64,000 bases of DNA from Raja brachyura. Taxonomy: Eukaryota. Below, in pieces: positions 38,404 to 51,919 of the stretch (the stretch's first letter is position 1; each line of letters starts with the position of its first letter). The stretch covers positions 106,516,001-106,580,000 of the forward strand of contig OY740785.1 of the NCBI GenBank assembly GCA_963514005.1, given 5' to 3'. A model generated the notes under the pieces. It saw only the letters and a program-made list of their open reading frames with translations, did no database searches and was not told the origin of the DNA. The position numbers and the translations under genes were made by a program.

Positions 38404-38780
38404 AAATCTGGCAGAGCTTGGTGATTTTCATAGAGTTGAGGATGATATGGTCCTAATTTTGTGGATTTTTAAATGTATCTTTACTAAGAAACAGACTCAA
38501 TTGCAAGTACAAAATTCACTGACCCCAAGAAAGAGGGCAGTGTGAAAAAACACAATTTTGACATATATTGAAATAATGGTTAAAATAAACATAGTTTTTA
38601 GGACCATCATTTTTCCAACAGGAGATACCAATGAACAAAATAACACCCAAGAAGTAGGATCATAGGGGGGGGTGCACGGTAGGCCCCTCTGGCCCATGGC
38701 CTCATCTAATAACAATACCTTATTGGTGTTCAGCACTTTATATTTAAAGGTAATAATTTCTTTATTCAAAGATTAAATTA

Positions 38781-39465
38781 CCGTATTTCCCGGCAATGAA
38801 GACCCACATTTTGAGTTGCAAAATTTTGAAAAAAGGCTCAAGGGTTTAGTCAGCAGAAAGAAAGATGTGAAACACCTCCAAGGAGGCAATGAGGATCGGG
38901 GAGCCTCCATCTTCGCCTGTCCCACAATGCGCTGTGCAGTTCAGGTCTGAGGGACTTCCTGGCTCAGGGAGATCATGTAACGGGGAGAGAGAGAGAGAGA
39001 GCCTGGGACGGAGCAGCCAGTCTTCCGCTCAGTAGTTACCTGCCAATCACCACCTCCACCGGTTGCGCCTGTGCCGAAGGACACTGTGGCTGGCTGGCAG
39101 GCTGGCAGAAGGCACTGTGGTGGCGGCCGGTTCCATTGTCCAGTCTCGGCGGCCGCTTGCAGCCACCCGAGCTACTGAGTGAGTTGCTGGCATGATCCCC
39201 GACTCCTTTCTTCTCAACGCTCCTGCCCTCCCCGCAACTGTACCCCTGGCGGCCCCAGCCGTGCTGACCCGGGCCAGACTCCCCACACGCTGTGGAATGA
39301 ACTCTCTCCCACCAGCAGTGCTGTCGTTTTACAGTCGCTGTACTGAGGGATAGCCAAGTATTTCTTTCTTGGCTAACAATCTAACCTTCGGCCTCCAAGG
39401 CGCAGGTAAATTCTCGGGCCTTATTTTAGGGTAAAGAATAGCGTCTTCATTGCCGGGAAATACGG
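38781..39465. mobile_element. Tc2/pogo-type non-autonomous element (MITE)
   Basis: Perfect 23-bp TIR CCGTATTTCCCGGCAATGAAGAC with TA on both flanks. Confidence 0.88.
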
Positions 39466-42400
39466 TACTTGTTATTCAAAACTACTTGAACATCCTAACT
39501 TTGCACACAAATATTAGTTTGGATCATCTTTGAGTAACGTAAAAACTACATTGGTGTTTTCTAAATGTCATTCCATCTCAAAAGACTCCCTTGTCATAAA
39601 TGCCTAACACACAGTTACATTGCCATCCTGAAATTAGGCTCAAATGTTGCCTTAGATTTTACCATTCCACTGGGACAAGAGAACAAAGGGACTTCCTCTC
39701 TATTTTTCTGCACTTTTGCATTTAACTTCAGAATTTACTTCAAGAATAGTGACAGGAAAAACAAGGAATGCTTCTGGAAAATTGAACTCTTCAATAGAGC
39801 CTTGGCGTCTTCCCTCATATTTTTTTAATTTGCAATATAGATGGGCAGTGTGAACATTTAATAGCATGTTAATATTATGCACACTCACCAATATACAAAA
39901 TTAAACATAAAAATTAACTTTTGAGCAAAATACACATTTTAAATGTACAATCAAATGCACAGAAACTGCAGCAGGGACCACTGGGTCTTGTTCTTTCTTG
40001 GTCTCTGTTCAATTCATGCTAGTGGAAACAATCCTGGTCAAAAAACATACATGTGTGAAAGCAGTAGAAATTTTCCAATGTCTCACATTCAAGGAGTCTC
40101 GAACAATGGCTGCATTCATTTGTGATAATCTCAACAGTTTGTTATAAACAATACTGGACAGAATTTCAAAATATCTATCAACATTTCTTAATATCTAGCA
40201 CAAGCAGACAACCAACACTTTGAACACAAACAGGTCAGAAAAATGAAATAGCTGTTCATGAATCCTAATGGAAATGGATTTTTAAGATAATTAAACAAAT
40301 CCTAAAGGTACTTAAAATAACAGGCAATATCAGAAATGCAATCAACTTTATTGATCTGTGTGCAGAGTAGTTTTCTGCAACCTTATGAACTGTTAGTAGA
40401 TGCATAATTTCAACCAATCAAGATACACAAGTCAAAGAAAAGATATGTTAATTGGAATGATGAGGGAAATGCAGGAATTTTGCAGTAATAAAAAAAAAAT
40501 GGAAACGCATGACCTAAAATCAGCTTGGGAATTATTTCAATGGATCACAGGTTTTGACAAACTAAATTGACCAAATATTGATGGGTGGAGGCATATCTTC
40601 AAGAGATATATTTCAACTGTGAACCAGTGCAAATTCTGAGAGCCACACCTTTTTTCATATTTAGTTCACTTTGATTAAGAACTATAGAACCTCTGAAATC
40701 CCACATACATGGGTAATGGGGTTATTTGGCAACTTGGATAATCCATCTAGATTTCCTTCTCTCCAGGGATTTGTTTTGTGAATATAAGGAATACTGAAAC
40801 TGCATCATAAGTTGGAGTCACTCCTTTCGAATATAATCAACTGCTGCAATCTGAATAGAAGTAACCTTAGGCCAAGTACAAAATCTCAAGCGTGGTTATG
40901 CAAAGGTGGATCAAATCAAAAGAATCAGACTTACGTTTTTACTAAGCTATTTTACAATATTCTAACTGGTTAATTAGGCGTACAATCTTTTCTTTCCTAT
41001 AGTGACAAAAAATAATAATATCTTCATATTTTTTGCTTCAATTGCGCATTTCATTATATTTATGCACTAAAATACTTAGTTTATTCTATATGGTGAAAAA
41101 GATTATATTTTCTGCAGAATAATACAACAGACATATTTTACAGTCTGAGATTGGATGATGCATTTAAGGATTACAATTACACTCAATCAATCCAGACCTC
41201 CGTGGAGCAGATATAGAATGCAGAATCAAATGGGTTTTTGCGTTTCTGAGAACTTTAGCTTTCTGTATGATCATTTATCCTGTGTTCAATCTAGTGGCGC
41301 ACGGTCAGAAACATTGTTTGTAAGTGAGCATGTAGGTTAACTGCTACCAACATAAGTAATTGGATTTTGGCTCGAAAAGATTAATTAAAGTATTCTCTCC
41401 CCTATAAAGTTGCAACACGCCAATTCCACCAGACCAGACTTCTTGATTTTTGACCATTTGTTTTCAATCGACACTACCTCGGAGCAATTTAACACACTTA
41501 AATATTAAACACAGGTTATCCTTAAGAGTAAATGCATTTACTAGCATTACACTTCCTAATATGCAGATTTATTCAAGGAAACGTATCCAATATTATATTT
41601 TCATTGGCAACGTAGATTTAACAACATTCAGCAACAAGAAGATAATTATTATCGCCTGCATCCTCCATTTTCCCATGAGTGAGCCTGCATCACCAAACAT
41701 CTGAATAATAAACTCAAAGCCTATAAACTGCTCGTCAACTGCTGCATGCAACTCTTTCCATACACTTAAAATGCCCCCTATTCTTATATGCATTAAGCAA
41801 CTCGGATCAGCTCTCAAGTGGTTGTAACAAATAGGATTTCCTTTACAATATTTCTTAAGCGGTGTTCAATTTTCCAGCCAGTAGTATTCTGGAATATTTT
41901 AAGTAAAAATATCAAATGTGAGAGACATTCAATTAGTGGAAATTAAAAGAGAAATCAATCATAATTTACGGCTGATATTCAGTGCTTTGAATACTTCAAA
42001 TGTCAGAGTAATAAGCAACTTTTTTTATTATAAATTAATTTTGCTCAGTTCAGAAATTTGTTGGAAAAACTGTTTTTGGAAAACTCAACAGTAAATTCTC
42101 CAACTTTCTCAACCCAATGTGAATACTGCAATTTTGGCTGAGTTGCACATTATTTGGACTCACAGTAAGACACCTCTGAATAATAATTCATACTTTTATG
42201 GATGTTCAGATTTAGACCAGACTGCTGTAAGTATAATAATTGCTTTCACCAAGTAATTGTGCACTAGCCATGCAGGTTGTCCAGCACCTAAATGTCCACA
42301 TTTATAATCAACTAAACATTTGCAGCATTCATGTAAAAATGAACATCTGATTTATACACACAAATTATGAGTATGCACCATTCCTTAAAACCAAACAGCA

Positions 42401-42914
42401 AAATGTTCATGGATCATTATCAAAATTCCTACAGATAAATCCAAACTCATCAACAGAATAGGAAAAAGTAATCATTAAAATAGTTGAGGCAAAAGAAGGA
42501 GTTACAAATATGCCAAACCTGCTTCTTTAAACAACATCCTCATCCTAGCCAGACCACTTGCAGCCAATAATAAAACACTTGATCTGGTTTAATTTGTCAA
42601 AAAGGTTTGGAGTATTTTAAGATTTCACTTGTATTTCAAGAAAGTTTCAACAATGCACCTTACCTAAGCAAATACTTGTCACTAAGATGGTGGGACATCC
42701 TCATAATAAACATTGAGCAGCAAATGGCTCAGAGATTCAATGCTTATGTTCCCGTGAACAAATAGGTGCTGGACAGGTCTTTTTATTCTTCCCTCCCTCT
42801 TTCAGAATGAATCCACAGCGCTACGAATTAAGTTTATAGAACATGGCACTATGAAGAATTCACGCGAAAAAAAACCATAGGAACTGAATGCAAGATGTGA
42901 CTTTTTCAATAGGC

Positions 42915-43560
42915 AAAAGACAATAGACAATATGTGCAGGAGTAGGCCATTTGGCCCTTCGAGCCAGCACTACCATTCAATGTGATCATGGCTGATCATC
43001 CCCAATCAGTACCCCGTTCCTGCCTTCTCCCCATATCCCCTGACTCCGCTATTTTTAAGAGCCCAATCTAGCTTTCTCTTGAAAGCATCCAGAGAACCTG
43101 CCTCCACCGCCCTCTGAGGCAGGGAATTCCACAGACTCACCACTCTCTGTGAGAAAAAGTGTTTCCTCGTGTCCGTTCTAAATAGCTTACTCCTTATTCT
43201 TAAACTGTGGCCCCTGGTTCTGGACTCCCCCAACATCGGGAACATGTTTCTTGCCTATAGTGTGTCCAAGCCCTTAGCAATCTTATATGTTTCAATGAGA
43301 TCCCCTGGACCAATACTGCACACAATACTCCAGGTGTAGTCTCACTAGGGCTCTGTACAACTGCAGAAGGACCTCTTTTCTCCTATATTCAATTCCTCTT
43401 TTTATAAAGGCCAACATGCCATTCGTTTTCTCCACTGTCTGCTGTACCTGCATGCTTACTTTCATAGACGGATGTACAAGGACCCCCAGATTCCATTGTA
43501 CTTCCCCTTTTCCCAACTTGATGCCATTTACATAGTAATCTGCCTTCCTGTTTTTGCTAG
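42915..43560 (-). mobile_element. CR1 LINE 3' fragment with internal deletion
   Basis: Same family as 20335; YCVQYWS joins directly to GYLIETY region. Confidence 0.9.
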
Positions 43561-46027
43561 GGACCCGTTAATCCCTACTCTACAATATAATACAATACAA
43601 TTTATTTGTCACATTGCACATAAAGTGCAAGTGAAATGAATTTTTCAGCAGCATACAATAATAAACACACAAATACACAATAAAAATGTAACATAAGCAT
43701 CCACCACAGCATTCGTCACTGTGGTGGAAGGCACAAACATTTGCCAGTCCTCCTCCACTTTCCCCCGTGGTCGGGACCTCAACCCTCCGCAGCCGTCTTT
43801 TCACAGGAGCAATGTTTACAAGAATGAAATAAATGTATATGACTTCTAGATAACCATGCTAACAGTAAATAAATCACTCCTATGGCAGAATAATATAATG
43901 CCTTGTGTGCCCTGGAAATTCAAACTTGAAAGGTAGCTGTATTACAGCTCCCTCTACTGGTAAAAATTGATGCAAATTGAGCAGAAATCAGTAAAAATTA
44001 AATTAAATCAAATTGAAACCATTTGATTTTAAATAATCACCATTTTTATTTACAATAATTTGAATCCATAAGACTAAGCTCGACCTTACCTTGCTTTGGT
44101 TTCTTCATCCGCTTCAATAGTTTTGGATCCATGTTCTAATAACCCTGAAGCTAATGTTTCTTAGATTCATTGAGATGAGCTATCTCATGCTTGTCTGATA
44201 AGACTCTATCCAATGTTACTTCCTAAATTAACACTGGTAGCAAGTTTGGATAGGGTCCACAAACTAATTATGCATGACAATTCCAGTGAAAACCAGGGAC
44301 TCTGACCAAGAATAAATTAGCCCCAACTTGCAAATGAGTTTAACTGTGGTGTTATCTCCTGCATGGAGATATCTCTCTTGTTTTGAGAGCAATGCAATCC
44401 TGTTGTTAATAAGTGCTACAGAGAGAAATTTTGTAAACGGTCCAGAAGGCTGTCATTTGCCAGTTCAGAAAAGGAGTTTACACTGAATTTTGTTGAAGTA
44501 GCATAGGAGGCCAGGAACAAGGGGGTCAGAATGAGAGTAACATGGGGAATTAAAGTGACAGGTAACATAAATCTCAGGATAACATTTACAAACCGAATGG
44601 GGGTGGGAGAGTGTGGAAAGCAGGTGGTGTTGGACTATAAAATAAAGCACAGAAGCAGAGAGAAAATCTAAAGGCTGTCAATGCTGGAAATATGCAATAG
44701 AATCAGAAAATACAAGAAACACTCAACATATCCAACCCAGCACTTAGCATTCCCAACCCATCTGGCAATCCTTATCCAAGTCTATCCATGTACAAATACT
44801 TGTACGGTGCAGAAAGAATTATGATAGAGACATAACAACGCTTCCTGCTGTGTATAAGAACTGCACCAATGACAACAAAATTCATCCCATGAGAAAGAAG
44901 CCAGGAACCAATTCCTCATTATGAATCAGCACAATTTTTTATAGAACCAAAAAAAGAAAACCTTCAAGGTCCAGCTCCAGTGTGTACTAAATGGAGGCCT
45001 TCATTAGAACAAAGTTCTGTATTGGTTCCTGGTAACAGAGTTTGACATCAGGTAAAACAAAAGTTGATAGCTGTTTGGGTAGCTGTGAAAAAAATATTAT
45101 GGGTATAATTTGTATCCCATACCAGAAATAGCAACGATGGAACACAAACTGCAAGGCCAAAAGGACAAATGTAGCCCAGCAGCAGACAGGCCAGGAGGAG
45201 CAAAAGACCAGCACCATGGACAGCACCTTACACCCTGGACAGTGCTCTGGTCTGAGGTAAGACCACAGCCAGAGGATCAACAGCACTATCCAATTAGTGG
45301 GGATTAGATTGGTTTACCTGCACCTTGTTAACTTCACTCCTCATAAAACAAGGCAAATCGGGCCACAATGAGAAACAGGTAGAGGGGGAAAGAGAAGCAG
45401 GGGAGGAAGAGAGATGAAGGAGAGGAAGACAGATGGAGGAAAGATAGGAAACAGGAGAAAGATAAGAAATAAAAGAGAGAGGAACAGAGTGAAAGTGGAG
45501 TGCTACCCTACTAGCTGTATCGCCCTTTTGCAGGCTTGGAGAAAGAATGAGCCACTGGGACAAACAGGACTGCCAGAGCCCCCTTTGAGGTCAAAACCGA
45601 GCTGCCAGCACAAGCCAGAGACTTCTTTGAGGACAAGACTGAGCAGCTGGAGCACGTCCAAGACCATCAGAGCCATCTCGCCTGCGCACAGACAATGAGG
45701 GACTGCAGCCACACACTAAGTGCAAAGAGTGAGCCGCCAGTACAAGTGCCAGCATACCTTCACGAACAAGACTGAGCTGCCAGGACAAGCCTATGACTGT
45801 CAATGCCTCTTTGAAGTCAAGGCAGAGCTGCAGGGACAAGCCTAAGATGGCCTTCTTGAGGCCAAGCCTGTGCTGCCAGAATAAGCCCGAGACTGCGAGC
45901 ACCATCTCTTCAAGTCCAAGATCATTCGTGCCTCCACACTTGCCCACATACCAGGCATCATCCCCGACACCATAATGCATATTAGTAAGGGAAACAAAGC
46001 AAACTGAATCATCACATCAATTAACTG

Positions 46028-46484
46028 TGTAGTAGCCATTTAGATTAACTCAGGGTGTTATAATTACATTCAGTTACCTTTAATTTTATCTGCCTGTAAT
46101 TATGTGGGATTTATACATAGTCTGGGGCGTGTTCGTGATTCGAATTCTGGCACAGACGCCCAGATGGTTTAGTTTAGTTCGGGGAAGACTATGGAAAGAT
46201 ACAGTTTTCGACCATGAACATGAGCATGATCACAAGTATGACTGAAACGTATATATGATATACTTATACAAGAAGAAATTATTATGACTGACTTTACTAT
46301 TTTGTACTACTACAATAAAGAAACTATTAATCAAAACACTGTTTCTGGAATACTCGTCATTCGACGACTTTGAATGTCTCGTGGAGAGCTGATGGAATGC
46401 GTAGGATTACCTTCTGATCCACAGTCAGCACATTAGTGACACCGAGGACTAAATCCTTGAGACGTCGTAAAGACTGTTACTACA
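46028..46484 (+). mobile_element. Solo LTR (457 bp)
   Basis: TGTAGTAG...TTACTACA inverted ends, internal AATAAA, 5-bp TSD AACTG/AACTA. Confidence 0.8.
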
Positions 46485-46879
46485 AACTAGTTCATCCTAA
46501 ATAAACTTTATTATACTCACTCAGATAACTAAAGGTGGAGCTAATCCACTGAATCAAAATTCCTGTAAAATCTATATTCCTGTAATATGGTTGACTTAAA
46601 AAAAAGACCAAAAGTGTGAATCAAAATGGAACAGAACAAAAATCAAAAATACGCAGAGAAGTGGACAACAGACGGACAACATATTATATAGGCCTCATTT
46701 CCTACAATTTAAGAGAGCTCAGACTGCAGTTGTAAAGGCATAGATAAAGTTTCAATAGCAGATAAGACAATTGCAATTATTTTTAAGTACAAATTTGAAA
46801 AATTATTATATTAGCAACTGGTTAAATATGCTCTTCACATCTTTGGTGCAAATAATGACATATGCCACCTAATAGCCCT

Positions 46880-47150
46880 ACACAGGTTTAGTGTAAGGGG
46901 GAAGAGATTTAGAAGGGATATGAGGGGAACTTTCTTCACCCAAAGAGTGGCAAGCATCTGGAATGTACTGCCTGAGGGAGTGGTTAAAGCTGGGATCCTA
47001 ACAGCATTCACGTAGTATCTAGGTGAGCACTTGCATTATGTGGGCATAAAGGCTATGGACTAAGTGCTGGGAGATGTCATCAATACAGAGTGCCCTGGCC
47101 AGCATTGGCAAGTTGGAATGAATGCCTGTTCCCACGCTGTTCAATTCTAT
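46880..47150 (+). mobile_element. CR1 3' fragment
   Basis: RFRRDMRGTFFTQRVASIWNVLP-like sequence and CR1 tail. Confidence 0.75.
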
Positions 47151-47779
47151 GGCTATATCAACAAAATCCACAAGTATTTTTAGATGAATCTAAACATGGT
47201 TTCTTCTTGAACTACTGCAGTAATGTACCTCCTCCTCCTTATGGAGCCCACACACAAGATTAGAAGTTGTTCAGCCAGAGCTAAACACGCTTCTCGGCAT
47301 CTGTATACAATGGTGTCTGTCTTGCGCTTTTTGTGCGTGGTGGTGGAAAGATAGGTGACAACAGGGCCGCGACGTGAATGCTCTTTCCTTGACATCAGTA
47401 ATGTTCCTCAAGGTCTGGTATTGTATTCAAATAAAATCCTCTACTTCCCTATCAGAATAAGCACACCTTAAAGCTTTCCAATAAACTTTTACAACTCCAT
47501 GCAGCCAAAATAAATTAAGCATTGTTATTAAAATTAAAAGCTGTTCATGGAGCTTAAATACATTTGGGAAAGCTTTATTAGAACAGCAATTAAATTTACA
47601 AATCATGAGAAGTACAAGTACCAAAACCCTTTCCAGCTAGTAAAAAGGTACAATTTTATCAAATCAGCAATATTTGTATTTAGATGGCAAAAGTATTTTC
47701 CAGCTGTCAGGGCAAGATATTCCAAAAACACAACTCACTGAGAGAAGTCTTAAATGGGCACCTCACATTCTGGTCTTCG

Positions 47780-48660
47780 ACTCTCCGATGCATACTCCCA
47801 GCATTTACACGGTGCAGTCCTCGAAGAATTTTACATGCTACCAATAAAATTATCCTTCGCTCTTCCAAGTTTAAATGACTGCAGAACCAATTCATTCACC
47901 CTTTCCTCACAAGCAAATTCCCACATATGTAGAACTCCCTCCAACAATAATTTATTTCCATAAGGGGGACCAATACTGCATAGTGCTCTAGATATGGTCT
48001 CACTACTGTCTTGAACTGATGTAGAATACAATTCTACTTTATGCTCCACTGCCTTTGCAGTAAAAGCCAGCATTCCATCAGCCTTAAGTTACCCACTGCA
48101 CCTGTATGCTAGCTCTCTCCCTCTCATATTCAAGGGCTTCCCAAGCCCCTTTGTATACTGCTGTGTGCAGTCTATCGCCATTGAAAGAACAATCTCCTCT
48201 GTCATTCTTCCATCCAAGTGAACAACTTCACATTTTCCTTTAATACTCCGTTTGGCAAATGTTTGCCCACATATTTATCTTATCAATATCACTCTGCAAT
48301 TGTCTGCTTTGTTCTCATAGCTTTCCCCTAGTTTTGCATCATCTACAAATATGTCACCAGAATATCAACGGATTAGAATCGTTCTGTGGTTATCTGTTAT
48401 TCAGTGTTCCGTTGTTATCTCATTAATAAATTATTCCATTATTTTTCCAATATTATACTAACCAAACTAATAGTTACCCACTTTTAGTCTCATACTTTTT
48501 TCAATAAGGATATTGCAACTGGTAATTTTCAAATTGTTTGGTACCTGCCAACGCAAAATATTTTTAAAAGATTGTGACCAATGCATTCACTATCTTCGTG
48601 GCCAATACTTTCAGGATCCAAGCATGCAAACCATTAGATCCAGCGCATTTATTAACTTTA
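47780..48660 (-). mobile_element. Old CR1 fragment
   Basis: MLAFTAKAVEHKVELY, FVDDAKLG remnants. Confidence 0.6.
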
Positions 48661-50004
48661 AGCTGATTGAAGCTGTTTTATATTAATTCACGTTGTGTCC
48701 GGTAATTAATTTTTCATATTTTTCCTTGACATCATCTTATTTATGGTTGCATTTGCATTGCTATTACACACTCATCTTCAATAAGACTTATTCTTTGAGA
48801 TGCCCCCAAGAGCCTAACCGACTGTATTTCTTTAACGAAAAATGATAAGATGCAGCTGCTAGAATTTGGCTGTACATGACTAGCACGGTCTCCAATGTCA
48901 TTTCGATTTTCCCCTGAGTAAATACTGCGGAGATCAACATCAGTGCATTTCATCCACAGATGTACAGCGTATAACCTATTCAAAAAGCAAACATGCAACA
49001 TTGGATGAAAATGTAAAAATTGCAAGTCCTGAAGACATGAAAGAAAAAATACTCAAAACATTCAGCAGATACGGCAATATTTTCAGTTCTGAAAAACATG
49101 AAATGTTAACTGTTTCTATTTCTGTAAAAGCTACCTGAACAGTTTAATAGATTTTTTTCATTTTCGGTCCACTTCTATGTTTCCACAAGGATCTTTCTGC
49201 TGGCAGGCATAATACTGCATTATTGGGGGGGGGGGGGGGGGGGTGTGAGAGAATGACCATATTGTAATGCAAAGCTGCTTCATCTGTGCATGCGTCAAGA
49301 AATGCAGGTTGAGAAAAATTAAGTTAGCATTAATTTAAATTGTTTTCTTCCTACCTCATAAATTTCATGCATGAATTTTATTCCAAGTTTAAATTGTTTG
49401 TGCTGTGATTTATAAATTATGTAACGGATGTTCCCAAATGGCCGTAATGTTGGGGGCATTTGTGTTGCACAGGTTATAAGTTGTCAAGTAGCTTAACTGC
49501 TAGTGGAACCGCATTACATAGGTAAGTGGAGAGGGTATTTTATTTCAAGACATGTTGTTTAGATTGCTTTAGACACTAGAGTGCTGTTGGATATAGAATT
49601 CCAATATTCAGACTATGTCGATGAAAAAAGTAATACAGAATCACCACTGATTATCTGGCACTCTTGGTTCAATAAGCTGTGGTGAATTATCTGTTTTGCC
49701 GGATCAACAGAGGTCATGGCCTTTTGGTGGGGGGGGGCTGAGATACCAGCCTGCAAAGGCAGCTGCTGATGTCAGCTATGGGAATGGAACCCAGGCCAGA
49801 GTTCCAGAGCCCCAGCCAGCAAATTCAACCCTCTGTTCGGCCACAGAAGACAGCTAATGGGAATAGATCTGCCGGCTTTAGCCGGGCTGAAGTACCAGAG
49901 TTCCGCAGCACCCAGAAAATCTGACCTGCCGATTGGTGCGAAGTCCCAATGAGGTTGAGATCGACTGCCTCACCCAGTCGAGATGCCATATTTTCAGGGG
50001 AACA

Positions 50005-50106
50005 TATATCATTAAACTGGCATCTCAGACAAAAAAGGAGCTTGTACGAGGTATATCTGAACAGCACAAGCTTGTTTTTTGGCTGAGATGCCAGTTTAAT
50101 GATATA
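50005..50106. repeat. 102-bp TA-bounded palindrome (tiny MITE-like), within a larger degenerate DNA-transposon relic (~49635-50150)
   Basis: 24-bp perfect arms TATATCATTAAACTGGCATCTCAG, with imperfect pairing continuing to the centre. Confidence 0.75.
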
Positions 50107-51124
50107 CACCTAGAAGTACTAAAATGCCAGATCATTGAAAAGTCTGTTTTCTTGAAAACTCTCAGTAGTCTTTGTTAAATTGCTGCTTTACTTTTTATAG
50201 AAACATACCTTACTCTCAGGAGAGTAATGATTTTCAACTTCTTATTAAAACATTTTTATTAATATGTACAGGTATCCAAGTCAAAGCAAGCTAATGATCT
50301 GAAATGGGGCCCGACCCAAACAGCTGCCTGTCCACGTCCTCCAGAGATGTTGCGTGACCCGTTCAGTTACTCCAGCACTTTGTGTTTTACTAAAGATTCC
50401 AGTATCTGCAATTCCTCGTCCCCAAGCAAATTATCATGTTGTACCCAAAAGCTGCGGCAAACAAATTGTAAATTGTTATATTTCTTACACTAATTATTGG
50501 CATCATAACTTCGGGATATCCTAATTAATCATCGCACCTTATTAAATATTCAAGTTCAAGTTCCTTTCTAGTCTTAATGAGGACACTGATTCAACACCCA
50601 TTTATCATTTATACGACACTCATTTTGTTTATATAGCTGTATTTATCTTTACTGGAAATCAATTTTAAAAGTTACAAATTGGATAGAGAAAATGAAATAA
50701 CTCCCATTTATATGCCATTTAAATTCTTGTCTCATTCCAAAATACTGCACATTCATTGAGGTCAAAGATAGAGCACAAGCACCTCAACCAATTGTGGAAA
50801 GCCATGATCACTAGCAGTAAACAATTTAACTGACCAGTTAAACTATTGTTGACAGGACGGAAGAGAAAGAATGTTGGTCAGACACGAGAAATGCTTTTCT
50901 GCAAATATTAAACTGGATACGTTCAACATTCCTCAACATAACCTGAAAGACAGCATCCCTATTGATCCAGCACATACTGGAGATTACAGTGAGGTGTCTG
51001 CCTGATTGTGCAGTGAAACCACGCAGAGTTTGAACTACAACTGTCTGATTTTACATCATGAAGGTTATCAACTGGGTCAACATGAATTTCCTTTGCTTTG
51101 GTTGGTGGGGTGTATTGGAGGATT

Positions 51125-51422
51125 GTGGTTTAGTTTAGTTTAGAGATACAGCGCAAAAACAGGCCCTTTGGCCTACTGGGTCCGCGCCGACCAGCAATCC
51201 CCGCACATTAACACTATCCTACACCCAATAGGGACAATTTTTACATTTACCAAGCCAACTAACCTCCAAACCTGTACGTCTTTGGAGAGTGGGAGGTAAC
51301 TGAAGATCTCAGAGAAAACCCACGCAGGTCACGGAGAGAACATACAAACTCCATACAGACAGCACCCGCAGTCGGGATTGAACCCGGGTCTCTCAGCAAC
51401 TCTACCGCTGCGCCACCGTGGC
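51125..51422 (-). mobile_element. tRNA-derived SINE (V/HE1-like)
   Basis: Minus strand CACGGTGGCGCAGCGGTAGAG...GGTTCAATCCCG, ends (CTAAA)n. Confidence 0.85.
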
Positions 51423-51919
51423 CATGGGCAGAATAATTTCCAGAGTTTTGTACTGCTTTGATTTAGGCTATTTATCACATTTTGTATTGTTTGTCCTATA
51501 TTAGAGTCAGCAATCTGTCAGATTACATTTAATTTAATGACATTTTGAACAAGTACACATTTTGTAATGTTCAATTTTCACACTTTCAAACAAAGGAGCC
51601 AAAGTCTTGGGACTTTGTGCTAAACCATGAGCAGAAACAAGTTACAGTGTGAAATTTCAATCACAGTATGCAGAACATTACTAGATCCTATTCTAGAAAA
51701 TCTGCTTGACTTAAAAATTAGCTACAAAAATGAATATCTATCACAGACCTATATCTTCAAAAACTGATGAAACCGCACTCCTATAACATTGCCCAAATTA
51801 TTTTTAGAACCAGTTCTAGTCCATGCTGGCTCTCGGACCAAATCCATCAATCCACTTGTTTCCCTGCAACCTATTCTATCTCACATGCGACCACATAATC
51901 CAACCCAAGGGGACATATA

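Larger units (their letters stand above)
23877..38703 (+). mobile_element. Academ (AcademX-type) DNA transposon, internally deleted, split by the ERV
   Basis: ~200-bp imperfect TIRs (left TAGTCCGTGGATCTGAGGGGCCTACCGTGCACCC..., right ...GGTGCACGGTAGGCCCCTCTGGCCCATGGCCTC) enclose a decayed ORF with transposase and XPG-like motifs; no clear TSD seen. Confidence 0.8.
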
